DNA of 64,000 bases, taken from the NCBI RefSeq assembly GCF_056746865.1, contig NZ_CM163382.1; one strand, given 5' to 3'. Below, one piece after another: positions 1 through 14,391 of the stretch. Both the position numbers and the translations under genes were made by a program. How positions within the stretch are numbered: the first letter of the stretch is position 1; each line of letters starts with the position of its first letter. The notes beneath the pieces are model-generated. The model was not told the DNA's origin. It did not search any database and saw only the letters and a program-made list of their open reading frames with translations.

Positions 1-928
1 AACGCTGGTCGCGGTCACGACCTCCAGTTTGACAGTATTGATTGCCGCCAGCGCGATGCAGGGGATGGGCACCGGCGTTGGCGGCGTAATGGCGCGTACT
101 TTGCCGCGTGATTTATATGAACGGACACAGTTGCGCCATGCTAATAGCCTGTTAAACATGGGAATTCTTGTCAGTCCGTTGCTCGCACCGCTAATCGGCG
201 GTCTGCTGGATACGATGTGGAACTGGCGCGCCTGTTATCTCTTTTTGTTGGTACTTTGTGCCGGTGTGACCTTCAGTATGGCCCGCTGGATGCCAGAAAC
301 GCGTCCGGTCGACGCACCGCGCACACGCCTGCTTACCAGTTATAAAACGCTTTTCGGTAACAGCGGTTTTAACTGTTATTTGCTGATGCTGATTGGCGGT
401 CTGGCCGGGATTGCCGCCTTTGAAGCCTGCTCCGGCGTGCTGATGGGCGCGGTGTTAGGGCTGAGCAGTATGACGGTCAGTATTTTGTTTATTCTGCCGA
501 TTCCGGCGGCATTTTTTGGGGCATGGTTTGCCGGACGTCCTAATAAACGCTTCTCAACGTTAATGTGGCAGTCGGTTATCTGCTGCCTGCTGGCTGGCTT
601 GCTGATGTGGATCCCCGACTGGTTTGGCGTGATGAATGTCTGGACGCTGCTCGTTCCCGCCGCGCTGTTCTTTTTCGGTGCCGGGATGCTGTTTCCGCTG
701 GCGACCAGCGGCGCGATGGAACCGTTCCCCTTCCTGGCGGGCACGGCTGGCGCGCTGGTCGGCGGTCTGCAAAACATTGGTTCCGGCGTGCTGGCGTCGC
801 TCTCTGCGATGTTGCCGCAAACCGGTCAGGGCAGCCTGGGGTTGTTGATGACCTTAATGGGATTGTTGATCGTGCTGTGCTGGCTACCGCTGGCGACGCG
901 GATGTCGCATCAGGGGCAGCCCGTTTAA
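1..928 (+). CDS. emrD: MFS multidrug efflux transporter, C-terminal part (5' end off window)
   Basis: ORF 29..928 is hydrophobic multi-helix and ends ...LATRMSHQGQPV; first ATG is internal, reading frame is open to base 1; position upstream of yidF matches core synteny. Confidence 0.75.
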   Translation, partial: TLVAVTTSSLTVLIAASAMQGMGTGVGGVMARTLPRDLYERTQLRHANSLLNMGILVSPLLAPLIGGLLDTMWNWRACYLFLLVLCAGVTFSMARWMPETRPVDAPRTRLLTSYKTLFGNSGFNCYLLMLIGGLAGIAAFEACSGVLMGAVLGLSSMTVSILFILPIPAAFFGAWFAGRPNKRFSTLMWQSVICCLLAGLLMWIPDWFGVMNVWTLLVPAALFFFGAGMLFPLATSGAMEPFPFLAGTAGALVGGLQNIGSGVLASLSAMLPQTGQGSLGLLMTLMGLLIVLCWLPLATRMSHQGQPV

Positions 929-935
929 GCTCACG

Positions 936-1433
936 TCACCGCAGCATCGTCATCAGCTCCATGGGAGAACGATGCTGCTTTATCAGATCACGCATCACCC
1001 GCATATGCGGTGCGGAGTAAGAATAAAACGCCTGATAGCCCGCACATAGCACGCTGTCTGGCGTCTCCTCCCGAGCGTGCGGGCACAGCCGATGCCAGTC
1101 GCACGCCTGGCAGCCACGGCGCGGTTGCGGGTTTTCGCTGCCACACCATTTTTGTAATGTGGCGTCAAAAAGCTCAATCGAGATACGACTGATATCTGCC
1201 CGCACCCAACACTCAAACAGGGCAATTAAAAATTTCCCCCACAGCTCTGCTGTCACCGAAGCGGCCGTCAGATCGCCCCGGTCATCAAATTCAAGATGGG
1301 GAATGAGCTGTACGGAGCGGATACCCCGTTGTTTGAAATTGTGATAAAAATCGGCAGGTTGCAGAGCATCCTTGTACTCTACAACCAGTTTATGCCTGTC
1401 CTCTTCAGCATCAATGACCTGACTTCCTGTCAT
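936..1433 (-). CDS. yidF: putative sulfatase-maturase-like protein
   Basis: 165 aa Cys-rich ORF, synteny emrD-yidF-yidG. Confidence 0.7.
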   Translation of the reverse strand: MTGSQVIDAEEDRHKLVVEYKDALQPADFYHNFKQRGIRSVQLIPHLEFDDRGDLTAASVTAELWGKFLIALFECWVRADISRISIELFDATLQKWCGSENPQPRRGCQACDWHRLCPHAREETPDSVLCAGYQAFYSYSAPHMRVMRDLIKQHRSPMELMTMLR

Positions 1434-1792
1434 GCGACTCTCTCAATAAATACGATAAGTTGATGTATATGCGTTACAGCAAACAGTATTGCGAGAGATA
1501 ACACCGCGAGGGAGATCAAAAATTTGTCACGGACTACGTGAAATTGGGAAAAATCGCTATTCGTGACATCCATTAAATTGCGATTACGGGTGTAGTGCCA
1601 GAGGATCAGCGCCACGATGGCGAGAATGCCAATCGAAATCCAGAATAACATGCCCGCCTGGTGCCAGTTGTGTTTGATAGCCAACGCCATCAACGCGCCG
1701 TAGCCCAGCATGGTACGAAACCACGCCAGTGATGTGCGCTCCGGCTGCAGTCCTGGGTCGGCAATGCGTCTGGCTTTGCGGCTATCCGGCAT
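1430..1792 (-). CDS. yidG: inner membrane protein
   Basis: 120 aa hydrophobic ORF, 4-bp overlap with yidF, synteny. Confidence 0.7.
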   Translation of the reverse strand: MPDSRKARRIADPGLQPERTSLAWFRTMLGYGALMALAIKHNWHQAGMLFWISIGILAIVALILWHYTRNRNLMDVTNSDFSQFHVVRDKFLISLAVLSLAILFAVTHIHQLIVFIERVA

Positions 1793-2129
1793 ACAACACC
1801 AGTCCCATAACGATCACCGCCACGACCATCAATATTAAGCTAATGATTAATAAGCTGTTGGTGTAGGGCAGGTCCTCTTTCAGACGCATCGCTTTTTCAT
1901 TGCGTAACCAGCGCAAGTAGCCATACATCGCTAACCCGCCGGAAAACAGACACAACAACAACGCCAGCAGTTCGCGAATGACGGGCGTGGCGAAATCTGG
2001 CGCAAGTTGATCAAGCCCAACCCCCGCCGCCAGAAATCCTAGTGCAGTACGGATCCACGCCAGAAAAGTACGCTCATTAGCCAGCGAGAAGCGGTAATCA
2101 GGCGCTTCTCCGAGGCGGGAAATTTTCAT
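1782..2129 (-). CDS. yidH: inner membrane protein (DUF202-like)
   Basis: 115 aa hydrophobic ORF overlapping yidG start, synteny. Confidence 0.7.
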   Translation of the reverse strand: MKISRLGEAPDYRFSLANERTFLAWIRTALGFLAAGVGLDQLAPDFATPVIRELLALLLCLFSGGLAMYGYLRWLRNEKAMRLKEDLPYTNSLLIISLILMVVAVIVMGLVLYAG

Positions 2130-2236
2130 TGTTGCTCCTTTGCAATTTCACTAACGCTCTACCTTTAGCGGTTTTTTTAAGAATTTCGTCCGCCCGTTTC
2201 CTGATATGCTTTTGCCATCCGCTACAAGGAGGTCAG

Positions 2237-2686
2237 ATGGGTATCATAGCGCAAAATAAAATCAGTTCATTGGGCATGCTGTTCGGTGCCATCGCTTTAA
2301 TGATGGGGATTATCCACTTTTCATTCGGCCCTTTCTCCGCACCACCGCCAACGTTTGAAAGCATCGTGGCGGACAAAACGGCTGAAATTAAAAGAGGTCT
2401 TCTCGCCGGAATAAAAGGCGAAAAAATTACCACCGTGGAGAAAAAAGAGGACGTAGATGTCGATAAAATCCTCAATCAAAGCGGTATCGCACTGGCCATT
2501 GCTGCGCTACTTTGCGCATTTATTGGCGGTATGCGTAAGGAAAATCGCTGGGGCATTCGCGGCGCGCTGGTTTTTGGCGGCGGGACGCTGGCTTTCCATA
2601 CCTTGCTTTTTGGTATCGGCATCGTGTGCAGCATTTTGCTGATATTCCTTATCTTTTCCTTCCTGACCGGCGGTTCACTGGTTTAA
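2237..2686 (+). CDS. yidI: small inner membrane protein
   Basis: internal ATG at 2237 preceded by AGGAGG (2228-2233); gives 149 aa; the 185-aa track ORF is an upstream extension. Confidence 0.7.
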   Translation: MGIIAQNKISSLGMLFGAIALMMGIIHFSFGPFSAPPPTFESIVADKTAEIKRGLLAGIKGEKITTVEKKEDVDVDKILNQSGIALAIAALLCAFIGGMRKENRWGIRGALVFGGGTLAFHTLLFGIGIVCSILLIFLIFSFLTGGSLV

Positions 2687-2732
2687 GCAGCCTGAATAAT
2701 GCCCGCCGGGTGATCATCAGCGGGCATTATCG

Positions 2733-4226
2733 TCAGAACTTCTGTTTTTTCTCCTCCACCTTCACCCCTTGTGTCGGTAGGCCGGTGTCATAGTCGCGTA
2801 CAACTGGCGAATAGCCATCTTGTGGACGTGGACGAAACGCCCCCATCCAGCGCGGCCGTGCATCTTTACGCCACGGACGCAGACTCCATTGGTAACTGCG
2901 GAACGGATCGCGAATTTTGTCCATGTAATCCAATAAGGCGTCATGCATTTTGCTGCGAACGTCTGCAAAACGGATATCATCGATCAGGTTATGCATTTCA
3001 TTTGGGTCATTACGGCGATCGTAAAGTTCATCACTGGTGAAGAGGTTGAGTACCAGTTTAAAGTCATCCGTCACCCAGCAACGCACCGGAATAAAACCGC
3101 CAAAGCTGTCATGCTCAATCTCGTAGCGGTTAAATTCCACCATCACGCCGCGTGGCTCTTTCACGGCAAGGATATTTTCCCCCGGCAGAATCTCTGGTTT
3201 TTCAATATCTGCCAGCGCCATCATTGTCGGCAGTAAATCGATATGACTGACTGGCGTATCGACCTGTCGCCGCTCCCCTTGCGGCGAACGGATGATCAGC
3301 GGAATGCGGGTGATGTCGTCATACATCGCCGCTCCTTTACTGATCAGCTTATGTGCGCCCATCATTTCGCCGTGATCGGATGTATAAATAACCCACGTAT
3401 TTTCACGTTGCTCTGGCGTTAAGGCATTGATGACCCGTCCGATTTGGTCATCAACAAAGTCATTGCAGGCAAAATAGAGCGGATGGTGATAAAGCCCGCC
3501 ATCACCGACTGGCGATGGCATCGCCTGCGCCCATAAGCGGTGATGTTCCGGTTTGTTAGCCAGGTCATCCTGTGCTTTCTCGCCCAGCTCGTAGTAAAAA
3601 TCAGCGTATTTCTCTAAATACTCCACCGGACAGGTGAACGGGTGATGCGGCTCATCATACGAAACCACCATCAGGAAGGGTTCCTCGGCGCGCGCGGGCT
3701 GTTGCAGAAAATCTACCGCCCGATTGCTGATGCGGTGCGCCCAGGTGAAGGTTCCGTCGATATGGTTCGCCTGTAAATCCTCAACGCTGTTTAGGCCATT
3801 GCGCCACAGGCTGATCTCTTTTTCCGTCAGTTCGCTAAGGTAGTTCGCCCCATCGAACCAGTAATCAGCGTCCCACTCCGGCGGACACTCGCCAGTGCCG
3901 AAATAGTCATGACCGTCGAGATGCCATTTGCCGATGTAACAGGTGTGATAGCCGGCATCCTTAAAGTAGCGCCCCATAGTGGAGATGTTTTTGCCTGGCG
4001 CGACGTTGTTGGTCCACGGGCCGGACTGGTTAGCGTAGATACCGGTAAATAGTCCGGCGCGTGCAGGCGTACAAACCGGTGAACAGGTGTAGGCGGAATT
4101 AAAGCGAATACCTTCCGCCGCCAGACTATCAATATTTTGCGTATTCAGCGGTTTACCGCTATAGCAACCGACCATATTGGTGGCCTGGGTATCGGTCATG
4201 ATGAACAGAAAATTGGGGCGTTTCAT
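2733..4226 (-). CDS. yidJ: sulfatase family protein
   Basis: 497 aa; sulfatase signature CTPARAGLFTG near N-terminus. Confidence 0.85.
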   Translation of the reverse strand: MKRPNFLFIMTDTQATNMVGCYSGKPLNTQNIDSLAAEGIRFNSAYTCSPVCTPARAGLFTGIYANQSGPWTNNVAPGKNISTMGRYFKDAGYHTCYIGKWHLDGHDYFGTGECPPEWDADYWFDGANYLSELTEKEISLWRNGLNSVEDLQANHIDGTFTWAHRISNRAVDFLQQPARAEEPFLMVVSYDEPHHPFTCPVEYLEKYADFYYELGEKAQDDLANKPEHHRLWAQAMPSPVGDGGLYHHPLYFACNDFVDDQIGRVINALTPEQRENTWVIYTSDHGEMMGAHKLISKGAAMYDDITRIPLIIRSPQGERRQVDTPVSHIDLLPTMMALADIEKPEILPGENILAVKEPRGVMVEFNRYEIEHDSFGGFIPVRCWVTDDFKLVLNLFTSDELYDRRNDPNEMHNLIDDIRFADVRSKMHDALLDYMDKIRDPFRSYQWSLRPWRKDARPRWMGAFRPRPQDGYSPVVRDYDTGLPTQGVKVEEKKQKF

Positions 4227-5938
4227 AGGCTATCCTTCGCGTCGGGAGTAAAGGTTACGGCTGGGTCGTGACGATGCCGCCAGCTGTCAAAAATCAGGTA
4301 GACAATCACTACGGCGGCAATGAAATAACTGATCATCGCTAACCAGCGCGTACCGTAGCCGCCGAATTCAGCCAGCCCGGCATAGACGCCAATCATCGCG
4401 AACAGGATGCCAATTGACGCGATCTTGACGTTTCTCCACGGTTTCATGTCCACCGCAAACGCATCTTTGAAGGTGAACGGCGTGGCGCGCGGTTTGATAA
4501 AACCGATCACCAGCATCACGACCACGTTGATGCAGAACGTACAGGCCAGCACATAGAGGAAATGGAAGTCGAACTTCACCAGATAGTTGATGGTGATGTA
4601 GCTGATTATGCCAATCCCCATCGCCACTTTTGCCGCCAGCGCCGGGATGCGCGGGAAGAAAAAGCCCATAATGATGATGGTAACCAGCGGCACGTTGTGA
4701 ATGCCGTTGAGCTGTTTCATCCAGCTATACAGCCCCTGCGGCGCGTTGGCGATCCACGGCGCGACCAGCACCGAAACGATAGCGATAAAGAAACCAAATT
4801 TGCGCCCGACGGTGACCAGCTGCTGCGGCTCGGCATTCTGGTTAATGATGCGACGGTAAATACCCATACTGAATAACGTACTGGCGCTATTCAGAAAGCC
4901 GTTGAAGGTACTGATCACCGCACCAAATAACACCGCGCCGAAGAAACCCACCATTGGCACTGGCAGAACGTTATTGACCAGCGTCGGGTAGGCCATGTCG
5001 GCTTTCGGTAAATCCTGATACAGATGAAACGCAATCAACCCTGGCAGCACCAGTACCAGCGGGTCGAGCATTTTCAGCACCGCCGTTAACAGCGCCCCCT
5101 TTTGCCCTTCCGCCAGGCTTTTTGACGCCAGCGTGCGTTGCACGATGCCCTGATTTGTACACCAGTAAAAGGTGTTCACCAGAATCAAACCGGTAAATGC
5201 CGCGCCAATCGGCAAGGGATCGGTCGGGCCACCGATTGAGTTTAATTTCTCGGCGTGAACGGTGGTGAGTTGCTCAATGCCCTGCATAAAGCTGCCCTTG
5301 CCCATCGCGATCAGGCCAAATACCGGCACCATCAACCCGCCGATAACCAGCCCAATACCGTTGATGGAGTCCGCCACTGCCATTGCGCGCAGTCCGCCGA
5401 TCACCGCATACAAAATTCCCGCCAGACCAAGCAAAATTACCAGTAGCCAGATAGCCGCACCGTGAGAAATCTGTAGCGATTCCCCGACGTGAAACAGGCT
5501 GTTGAGCGCCAACGCGCCGGAGTAGAGAACAATCGGCAGAAAGCAGACGCCGGTGGCAATGAGGAAGCAGAAGTCGATGATAATACGCGTCGTTTTATCA
5601 TAACGTTCCTCCAGAAAATCGGGGATGGTGGCAATGCCGCGCTTCAGATAGCGCGGTAAAAAGATTAGCGCGAGGAAGATCAGCGTCACCGCTGAAGTCA
5701 CTTCCCAGCCCATCACCGACATGCCGCTTTTGTAGGCCTGCCCGGAAAGGCCGACCAGTTGTTCCGTGGAAAGGTTGGTTAGCATTAACGAAGCGGCAAT
5801 AACCGGCGCTTTTAGTGAACGTCCGGCAAGAAAATAGCCTTGTTGCGATCCGGTATCTGTTTTGCGGACCTTCCACCAGGTGATCACCGCCACCAGCAGC
5901 GTAAAACCGACAAAACTCAAGATTTGTAACGAATTCAT
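4223..5938 (-). CDS. yidK: sodium:solute symporter family transporter
   Basis: 571 aa polytopic membrane protein, 4-bp overlap with yidJ start (operon). Confidence 0.85.
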   Translation of the reverse strand: MNSLQILSFVGFTLLVAVITWWKVRKTDTGSQQGYFLAGRSLKAPVIAASLMLTNLSTEQLVGLSGQAYKSGMSVMGWEVTSAVTLIFLALIFLPRYLKRGIATIPDFLEERYDKTTRIIIDFCFLIATGVCFLPIVLYSGALALNSLFHVGESLQISHGAAIWLLVILLGLAGILYAVIGGLRAMAVADSINGIGLVIGGLMVPVFGLIAMGKGSFMQGIEQLTTVHAEKLNSIGGPTDPLPIGAAFTGLILVNTFYWCTNQGIVQRTLASKSLAEGQKGALLTAVLKMLDPLVLVLPGLIAFHLYQDLPKADMAYPTLVNNVLPVPMVGFFGAVLFGAVISTFNGFLNSASTLFSMGIYRRIINQNAEPQQLVTVGRKFGFFIAIVSVLVAPWIANAPQGLYSWMKQLNGIHNVPLVTIIIMGFFFPRIPALAAKVAMGIGIISYITINYLVKFDFHFLYVLACTFCINVVVMLVIGFIKPRATPFTFKDAFAVDMKPWRNVKIASIGILFAMIGVYAGLAEFGGYGTRWLAMISYFIAAVVIVYLIFDSWRHRHDPAVTFTPDAKDSL

Positions 5939-6104
5939 CTCATAGCCCTTATTTATGTTTATGTCCCGGACGCATGAATATAGGGAGAGGTAAAATGCGT
6001 CGGGTCAGGCAGTCAGATTCTTAAAATACAAACATCTTATCCCTGAACGGATTGTTTTCTGTTAAGTTCAGGTTGTGAGCATAATTCGCCGAAGGGATAT
6101 TAAA

Positions 6105-9933
<3,829 letters not shown>

Positions 9934-10228
9934 TTCCACATCCTCTTTTCTCAATTCTGTAAGTAGGAAGCCTGATTGGTTATGCGGCAGGCCTGGAGCG
10001 AGGATAGGAAGATGCGATCGGCAGAACATGACGACCCAGTGGGATTCGTGATCGCTTTCATGCTTTTCGTTGGGCGGTAGAGATCTACGTTTTCGCAAAA
10101 AAGTAGACATCTGTGAGCACAGGTACACAGCATCGAACACATCTTTAAAAAAAAGATTTTTTTTCAATCGATTAAGCAGAACTTGTGGGCGCATTACCCG
10201 GGCTTGCAGGCAAAAAAGAGATCTAGAG

Positions 10229-10945
10229 ATGATCTACAAAAGCATTGCGGAGCGATTAAGAATTCGACTTAATTCCGCAGATTTCACGCTAAACAGCCTT
10301 CTTCCCGGTGAAAAAAAGCTGGCGGAAGAATTTGCGGTATCGCGGATGACCATCCGTAAAGCCATTGACCTTCTGGTGGCGTGGGGGCTGGTGGTCCGCC
10401 GCCACGGCAGCGGTACTTACCTGGTGCGTAAAGATGTATTGCATCAAACCGCCAGCCTGACCGGGCTGGTGGAGGTGTTAAAACGCCAGGGAAAAACGGT
10501 CACCAGCCAGGTGCTGATTTTTGAAATCATGCCTGCGCCTCCGGCCATTGCCAGCCAGTTACGGATTCAAATCAACGAGCAGATCTACTTCTCCCGTCGC
10601 GTTCGTTTTGTGGAAGGGAAACCGCTGATGCTGGAAGACAGCTATATGCCGGTAAAACTGTTCCGCAACCTATCGCTGCAACATCTGGAAGGGTCGAAGT
10701 TTGAATATATTGAACAAGAGTGCGGGATTCTGATTGGCGGTAATTATGAAAGCCTGACGCCGGTGCTCGCCGATAGACTGCTGGCGCGGCAAATGAAGGT
10801 AGCGGAACACACGCCACTGCTGCGGATCACCTCGTTGTCATATAGCGAGAGCGGGGAGTTTTTGAATTATTCAGTGATGTTCAGAAATGCCAGCGAATAC
10901 CAGGTGGAGTACCATTTACGGCGACTCCACCCGGAGAAGAGTTAA
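10229..10945 (+). CDS. yidP: GntR-family transcriptional regulator
   Basis: start at [10 protein letters not shown] (238 aa); N-terminal HTH ([11 protein letters not shown]) and UTRA-like C-domain; divergent from glv operon. Confidence 0.8.
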
Positions 10946-12603
10946 CCGATACTCCAGAAGAGCACCGCCAGTAATTGGGGGGTGATAATGCGCAGGAACA
11001 TCACCAACGGATAGACAGTGGCGTAAGAGAGCGCCGCCGCACCGCTCGTTGGATGAAGATTATTAGCAAACGCCAGCGCCGGTGGATCGGTCATGGAGCC
11101 AGCCAGCATCCCGCACATGGTCAGGTAATTCATTTTGGCTAACATCCGCGCCAGAATACCAACAGTAATCAGCGGAACGGCGGTGATCAGCGCACCATAA
11201 CCAATCCAGCTTAGCCCTTCGCCATTGACCAGGGTATTCACAAAATCCCCACCAGATTTCAGCCCCACTACCGAGAGGAACAGTACGATCCCCAGCTCCC
11301 GCAGCGCGAGGTTGGCGCTTGGCGGCATAAACCAGTACAGCTTACCGATACTGCCGATACGCCCGAGGATCAACGCCATAATCAGCGGACCGCCCGCCAG
11401 CCCCAGTTTCAACGCGGCCGGGAATCCCGGCACAAAGACGGGAATAGAGCCTAACAATACGCCAAGCCCGATACCAATAAACACCGGCAACATCTGAACC
11501 TGTTGCAGTTTTTGCTGCGCATTCCCCAGCACATTGGCAACGGCATCAATTGCGGACGGACGCCCCACCAGGTTGAGAATATCGCCGAACTGCAGGCTGA
11601 TATCGCCACTGGCAACCAGTTCGACCCCGGCACGGTTCAGGCGCGAGATAACAACGTCATAGCGTTCTTTAAAGTGCAGGTCGCGAATACGCTTACCAAG
11701 CACGTTTTCATTGGTGACCACCACACGCTCGACGCGTAAATCAGTGCCTTTCGTGGACAGCGAGGTATCGACCTCCTGACCAATCACCAGTTGCGCATTA
11801 TGTAAATCCGCTGGCTGCCCCACCAGATGCAGCAAATCGCCCAGTTGGATAATGGTATCTGGCGAAGGTACTTTTAGGGTTTCTTCGCGTTTCAGACGCG
11901 AGCAGATAATTTTGTCGCCGTTGAGAATCGGTACATCTTTAATGGCTAAATCATGCAGGTTAGGGTTCTCAACGCGAATATTGATAGTCCTGATCAGCGC
12001 GCCGCCATTGGTGCGTGAAGACTCGTGCTGCTGGGCTTCGGTCTCGACATTGACGCGGAAAATAACCCGCAACATCCACATGGTGAACAAAATCCCGCAA
12101 ATGCCGAATGGATACGCCATCGCGTAACTCATCCCCATCTGATCGACCATTTCCATTGGTGTACCCAGGTCGCGCAAGATCTGCTGCCCTGCCCCCAGCG
12201 CTGGCGTATTGGTTACCGCACCGGAGAAAATCCCCAGCACTACCGGCAGTGGAATATCAAACAGTTTATGCAGGATGGCGGTAACCAGACCACCGATGAT
12301 GACGATCAGAACAGCAAACAGGTTGAGGCGTAATCCGGAGACGCGCAATGAGGCAAAGAAGCCCGGACCCACCTGAATCCCGATGGTATAAACGAACAGG
12401 ATCAGGCCAAATTCCTGAATAACATGCAGCATATCGCTACTTAATGTCATCCCCGCCTGAGAAACAAAATGGCCGACGATGATCCCACCAAACAGCACGC
12501 CGCCAATACCTAATCCTATGCCGCGAAATTTGACGTTGCCGATAAACAAACCGACGACTGCCACCAAAGCCAGAATACTGACCGTTAATGCTATATCACT
12601 CAT
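10942..12603 (-). CDS. yidE: putative transporter (AAE family, TrkA-C domains)
   Basis: 553 aa from MSDIALTV; two membrane halves separated by cytoplasmic domains. Confidence 0.8.
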
Positions 12604-12798
12604 CGTCCATTTCTCTTGAGATAACATTTTAATTGCTACGGATTATGGCTGAATCGGTGAAGCAGATTTGCCTTATAGCGCACATTATCACGGGAAAGAA
12701 CGTGCCGAAATATCTTAAACAGGCGAAAATTAACGCATTGTTGAAGAAGAAAGACAAAAAAAGCCCCACCAGAATGGCGGGGCAAAGAGAATAGCTAG

Positions 12799-13227
12799 TT
12801 AGCTATTTAACGCGGGACGTTCGCTGATAGCGATACGCTGCGCTGCGATGGGTTCAGGCTCATTACGAATTAAATCAATATGCAGTAAACCGTTTACGAA
12901 GGTTGCACCAGAGACTTCCATATTTTCAGCCAGCGTAAAGCTCAGGCTAAATGGCTGATTCATAAGCCCTTGATGCAGCCATTTTTTCTCTTCTTTTGGC
13001 TGCTCCGGCGTGCCTTTTACGCTCAGGCGCGTTCCTTCCAGTTGAATCTCTAAATCTTCCTGACGAAAACCTGCCAGCGCAAGGGTAATGCGGTAGTGGT
13101 TATCGTCGCTTTTCTCAATGTTGTACGGCGGGAAGCTCTGGCTTTCACCGGCGTTTTGCAGTGCGTTGGCCAGTTTGTCAAAACCGATCCATTGACGCAT
13201 CAGTGGGGATAAATCGAAGTTACGCAT
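12799..13227 (-). CDS. ibpB: small heat shock protein IbpB
   Basis: 142 aa, [19 protein letters not shown] alpha-crystallin type. Confidence 0.9.
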
Positions 13228-13338
13228 AGTCATTTCTCCTTCTAAGAAGCGAGTAAGTACCTGCAAATCCGAAGATTCGCATATGCTCCCTGACGGCGAG
13301 CATGGAGATGTCAGGCCGCGCCAGGCGGCCTTAAGGAA

Positions 13339-13752
13339 TTAGTTGATTTCGATACGGCGCGGTTTTTTCGCTTCCGGAATCACGCGTTCGAGATCGATAT
13401 ACAGCAGACCATTCACCAGGTTAGCACCACGAACATGAATGTTCTCAGCTAACTGGAATTTGCGTTCAAAGTTGCGTTCAGCGATGCCCTGGTACAGATA
13501 GGTGCGCTCTTTTTGTTCGTCGGCGTGAGCACCTTTCACCACCAGCAGATTATCCTGGGCGGTAATTTCCAGTTCGCTCTCAGCAAAACCAGCCACAGCG
13601 ATAGCAATGCGGTAATGGTTTTCGTCTACCAGTTCAACGTTATACGGAGGGTAGCCGCCATTACTCTGGCTCTGGTTGTTTTCTAAGTGGTTAAACAAAC
13701 GGTCAAATCCAATAGCAGAACGGTAAAGCGGGGATAAATCAAAGTTACGCAT
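13339..13752 (-). CDS. ibpA: small heat shock protein IbpA
   Basis: 137 aa, [19 protein letters not shown]. Confidence 0.9.
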
Positions 13753-13854
13753 AATCAATAGCTCCTGAAATCAGCGAGAATGTAAGACCTTCCACAATGG
13801 ACAGGTCAGGTAGCCAGAACACCCATCAGGCGCGTCCTCATCGGCTACGATGTA

Positions 13855-13883
13855 AAAATGGGTCTGGAAATGAACTTTTCAAG
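13855..13883 (-). promoter_or_regulatory. sigma32-type heat-shock promoter of ibpAB; 5' UTR 13753-13850 is the expected RNA-thermometer leader
   Basis: minus strand reads CTTGAAA (13877-13883), 14-nt spacer, CCCATTTT (13855-13862), matching the sigma32 consensus CTTGAAA-N13-15-CCCCATNT. Confidence 0.6.
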
Positions 13884-14057
13884 CCTTATCAGCGGACTTT
13901 TTTTTGCAGTTTATGGTCTATTGCATAGACTGAGGGGGCAGCACGAAACGTTAAAGTGCGATAGCCGCCACAGTGCGACGTTATGATGATGTTATTTTCA
14001 GCAAGGGATCGCTATAACTCATCAGGCCAACACCCACGATCAACAGATGAATTTATT

Positions 14058-14390
14058 ATGATAAGAAATGTGTTGTTAGCGTTCATGATATGCAGCGGAA
14101 TGACATTACTCGGAGGATGCTCCAGCGTGATGTCCCATACCGGGGGGAAAGAAGGAACGTATCCCGGCACCCGCGCCAGCGCCACCATGATTGGCGACGA
14201 TGAAACCAACTGGGGCACTAAGTCGCTGGCGATTCTCGATATGCCGTTTACCGCTGTGATGGACACGCTTTTACTGCCGTGGGATGTGTTCCGCAAAGAC
14301 AGCTCGGTGCGCTCGCGCGTTGAAAAAAGCGAAGCCAACGCGCAAGCCACCAATGCGGTTATTCCACCCGCCAGAATGCCTGATAACTGA
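14058..14390 (+). CDS. yidQ: lipoprotein
   Basis: start at MIRNVLLAFMICSGMTLLGGCSS (lipobox LLGGC), 110 aa. Confidence 0.7.
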   Translation: MIRNVLLAFMICSGMTLLGGCSSVMSHTGGKEGTYPGTRASATMIGDDETNWGTKSLAILDMPFTAVMDTLLLPWDVFRKDSSVRSRVEKSEANAQATNAVIPPARMPDN

Positions 14391-14391
14391 T

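Noticed and set aside
2129-2236. N-terminal extensions of track ORFs (yidI 185 aa; also glvBC 625 aa, yidP 291 aa, ibpB 155 aa, yidQ 135 aa, yidX 257 aa, tnaA 476 aa, phoU 247 aa, IS200 tnpA 169 aa)
   Set aside because: Internal start codons give the conserved protein N-termini and expected lengths, several with better ribosome-binding sites; the upstream codons are taken as non-coding.
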